Origin: Leucoraja erinacea
Taxonomy: Eukaryota
Reading direction: 5' to 3'
DNA length: 64,000 nucleotides
Assembly: GCF_028641065.1 (NCBI RefSeq)
Contig: NC_073416.1
Location: 7,998,001 to 8,062,000 of the forward strand
Shown here: one piece after another, positions 62,872-64,000 of the stretch
Layout of the letters: each line of letters begins with the position of its first letter
Numbering within the stretch: position 1 is the stretch's first letter
The notes under the pieces: generated by a model
Database searches by the model: none
What the model saw: only the letters and a program-made list of their open reading frames with translations
Told to the model about the DNA's origin: nothing
Position numbers and translations under genes: made by a program

Positions 62872-63046
62872 TGTTTGAATGTAAGCCAGCTTCTGGTGAA
62901 CTTTGGATTGAGTTCTGTGAACGAGATTACTCTGCAACAGTTCACCTACATCTGTCCAGCATTGTTGTATCAGATTGACAGCCGTGTCTGTATCTACCAT
63001 CACGACTGGCTCCAGAAACAGCAGACGAATGATCACTCCACATCAG
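62872..63046 (+). CDS. SLC39A5: SLC39A5 coding exon 3 (cysteine-flanked core with the CPALLYQ motif); the gene continues beyond the window
   Basis: acag| acceptor; CLNVSQLLVNFGLSSVNEITLQQFTYICPALLYQIDSRVC; CAG|GTACGA donor; 175 nt. Confidence 0.93.
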
Positions 63047-63339
63047 GTACGATCTCCCGGTGGCTCAGCACTTCAACTCCCCCGCCCATTCCCAATCCCA
63101 ATCCCAACGGAGATGAGCAAAAACTCTTCCACCCAGAGAGTTGTGAGTCTGTGGAATTCTCTGCCGCAGAGGGCGGTGGAGGCTAATTCACTGGATGCTT
63201 TCAAGAGAGAGCTAGATCGGGCTCTTAAAAATAGCGGAGTATGGGGAGAAGGGAGGAATTGGGGATGATCAGCCATGATCACATTGAATGGCGGTGCTGG
63301 CTAGAAGGGCCGAATGGCCTACTCCTGTACCTATTGTCG

Positions 63340-63750
63340 ATTTACCTCCCCCCTTGACTCCATTCAAGGACCCAAGCAGTCGTTCCAGGTGCGACAGAGG
63401 TTCACCTGCACCTCCTCCAACCTCATTTATTGCATCCGCTGCTCTAGATGTCAGCTGATCTACATCAGTGAGACCAAGCGTAGGCTTGGCGATCGCTTCA
63501 CTGAACACCTCCGCTCGGTTTGCAAATAACCAACCTGATCTCCTGGTGGCTCAACACTTCAACTGCCCCTCCCATTCCCAATCCAACCTTTCTGTCCTGG
63601 GCCTCCTCCATGGCCAGAGTGAACACCACCGTAAATTGGAGGAGCAGCACCTAATATTTCGCTTGGGCAGTTTGCACCCCAGCGGCATGAACATGGACTT
63701 CTCTAATTTCAGGTAGTCCTTACTATCCCCCTCGTTCCCCCTCCCCCTCC
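63340..63750 (+). mobile_element. Penelope-like GIY-YIG 3' fragment
   Basis: IQGPKQSFQVRQRFTCTSSNLIYCIRCSRCQLIYISETKRRLGDRFTEHLRS...GMNMDFSNFR, frameshifted. Confidence 0.88.
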
Positions 63751-64000
63751 CATGGTCTTGGGCAGAGCTGTTACAATAGACAACAGGTACAGGAGTAGGC
63801 CATTCGGCCCTTCGAGCCAGCACCGCCATTCAATGTGATCATGGCTGATCATCCACAATCAGTACCCCGTTCCTGCCTTCTCCCCATATCCCCTGACTCC
63901 GCTATCTTTAAGAGCCACATCTTGCTCTCTTGAAAGCATCCAGAGAACCGGAGAATTCCACAGACTCACAACTGTATGTGAGACAAAGTGTTTCCTCGTC

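Noticed and set aside
62551-63186. 211-aa ORF as a single gene
   Set aside because: Only 62872-63046 is a real SLC39A5 exon; the flanks are CR1 and Penelope sequence that happen to be in frame

Overview
Eukaryotic vertebrate genomic DNA. The repeat content (HE1-type V-SINEs, HER1/CR1 LINE tails, SacSINE/Deu-type SINE relics, Penelope-like elements) points to a cartilaginous fish such as a skate or ray; the taxon is an inference. Gene order is a tRNA-Ser(CGA) gene (+), a complete RNF41/Nrdp1 gene (-, 5 coding exons, 318 aa), a divergent promoter region, a complete NABP2/SSB1 gene (+, 6 coding exons, 214 aa) and the 5' part of SLC39A5/ZIP5 (+, 3 coding exons seen). This matches the human 12q13 RNF41-NABP2-SLC39A5 block as I recall it. 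All exon boundaries were read by hand as GT-AG with consistent phases. Most other ORFs in the track are transposon fragments or noise. Best non-gene signals: (1) a Penelope-like retroelement family carrying minimal hammerhead-ribozyme cores and leaving fold-back insertions with 9-15 bp target duplications; (2) a P/hAT-like MITE with an 8-bp TSD; (3) an RTE-type 5' leader with a predicted pseudoknot; (4) a 34-bp minisatellite born inside a LINE tail; (5) ancestral NABP1-like and ZIP10-like characters retained in NABP2 and ZIP5. There is one assembly gap of 130 N. No database search was possible, so family names and comparisons with human sequences come from recalled knowledge.
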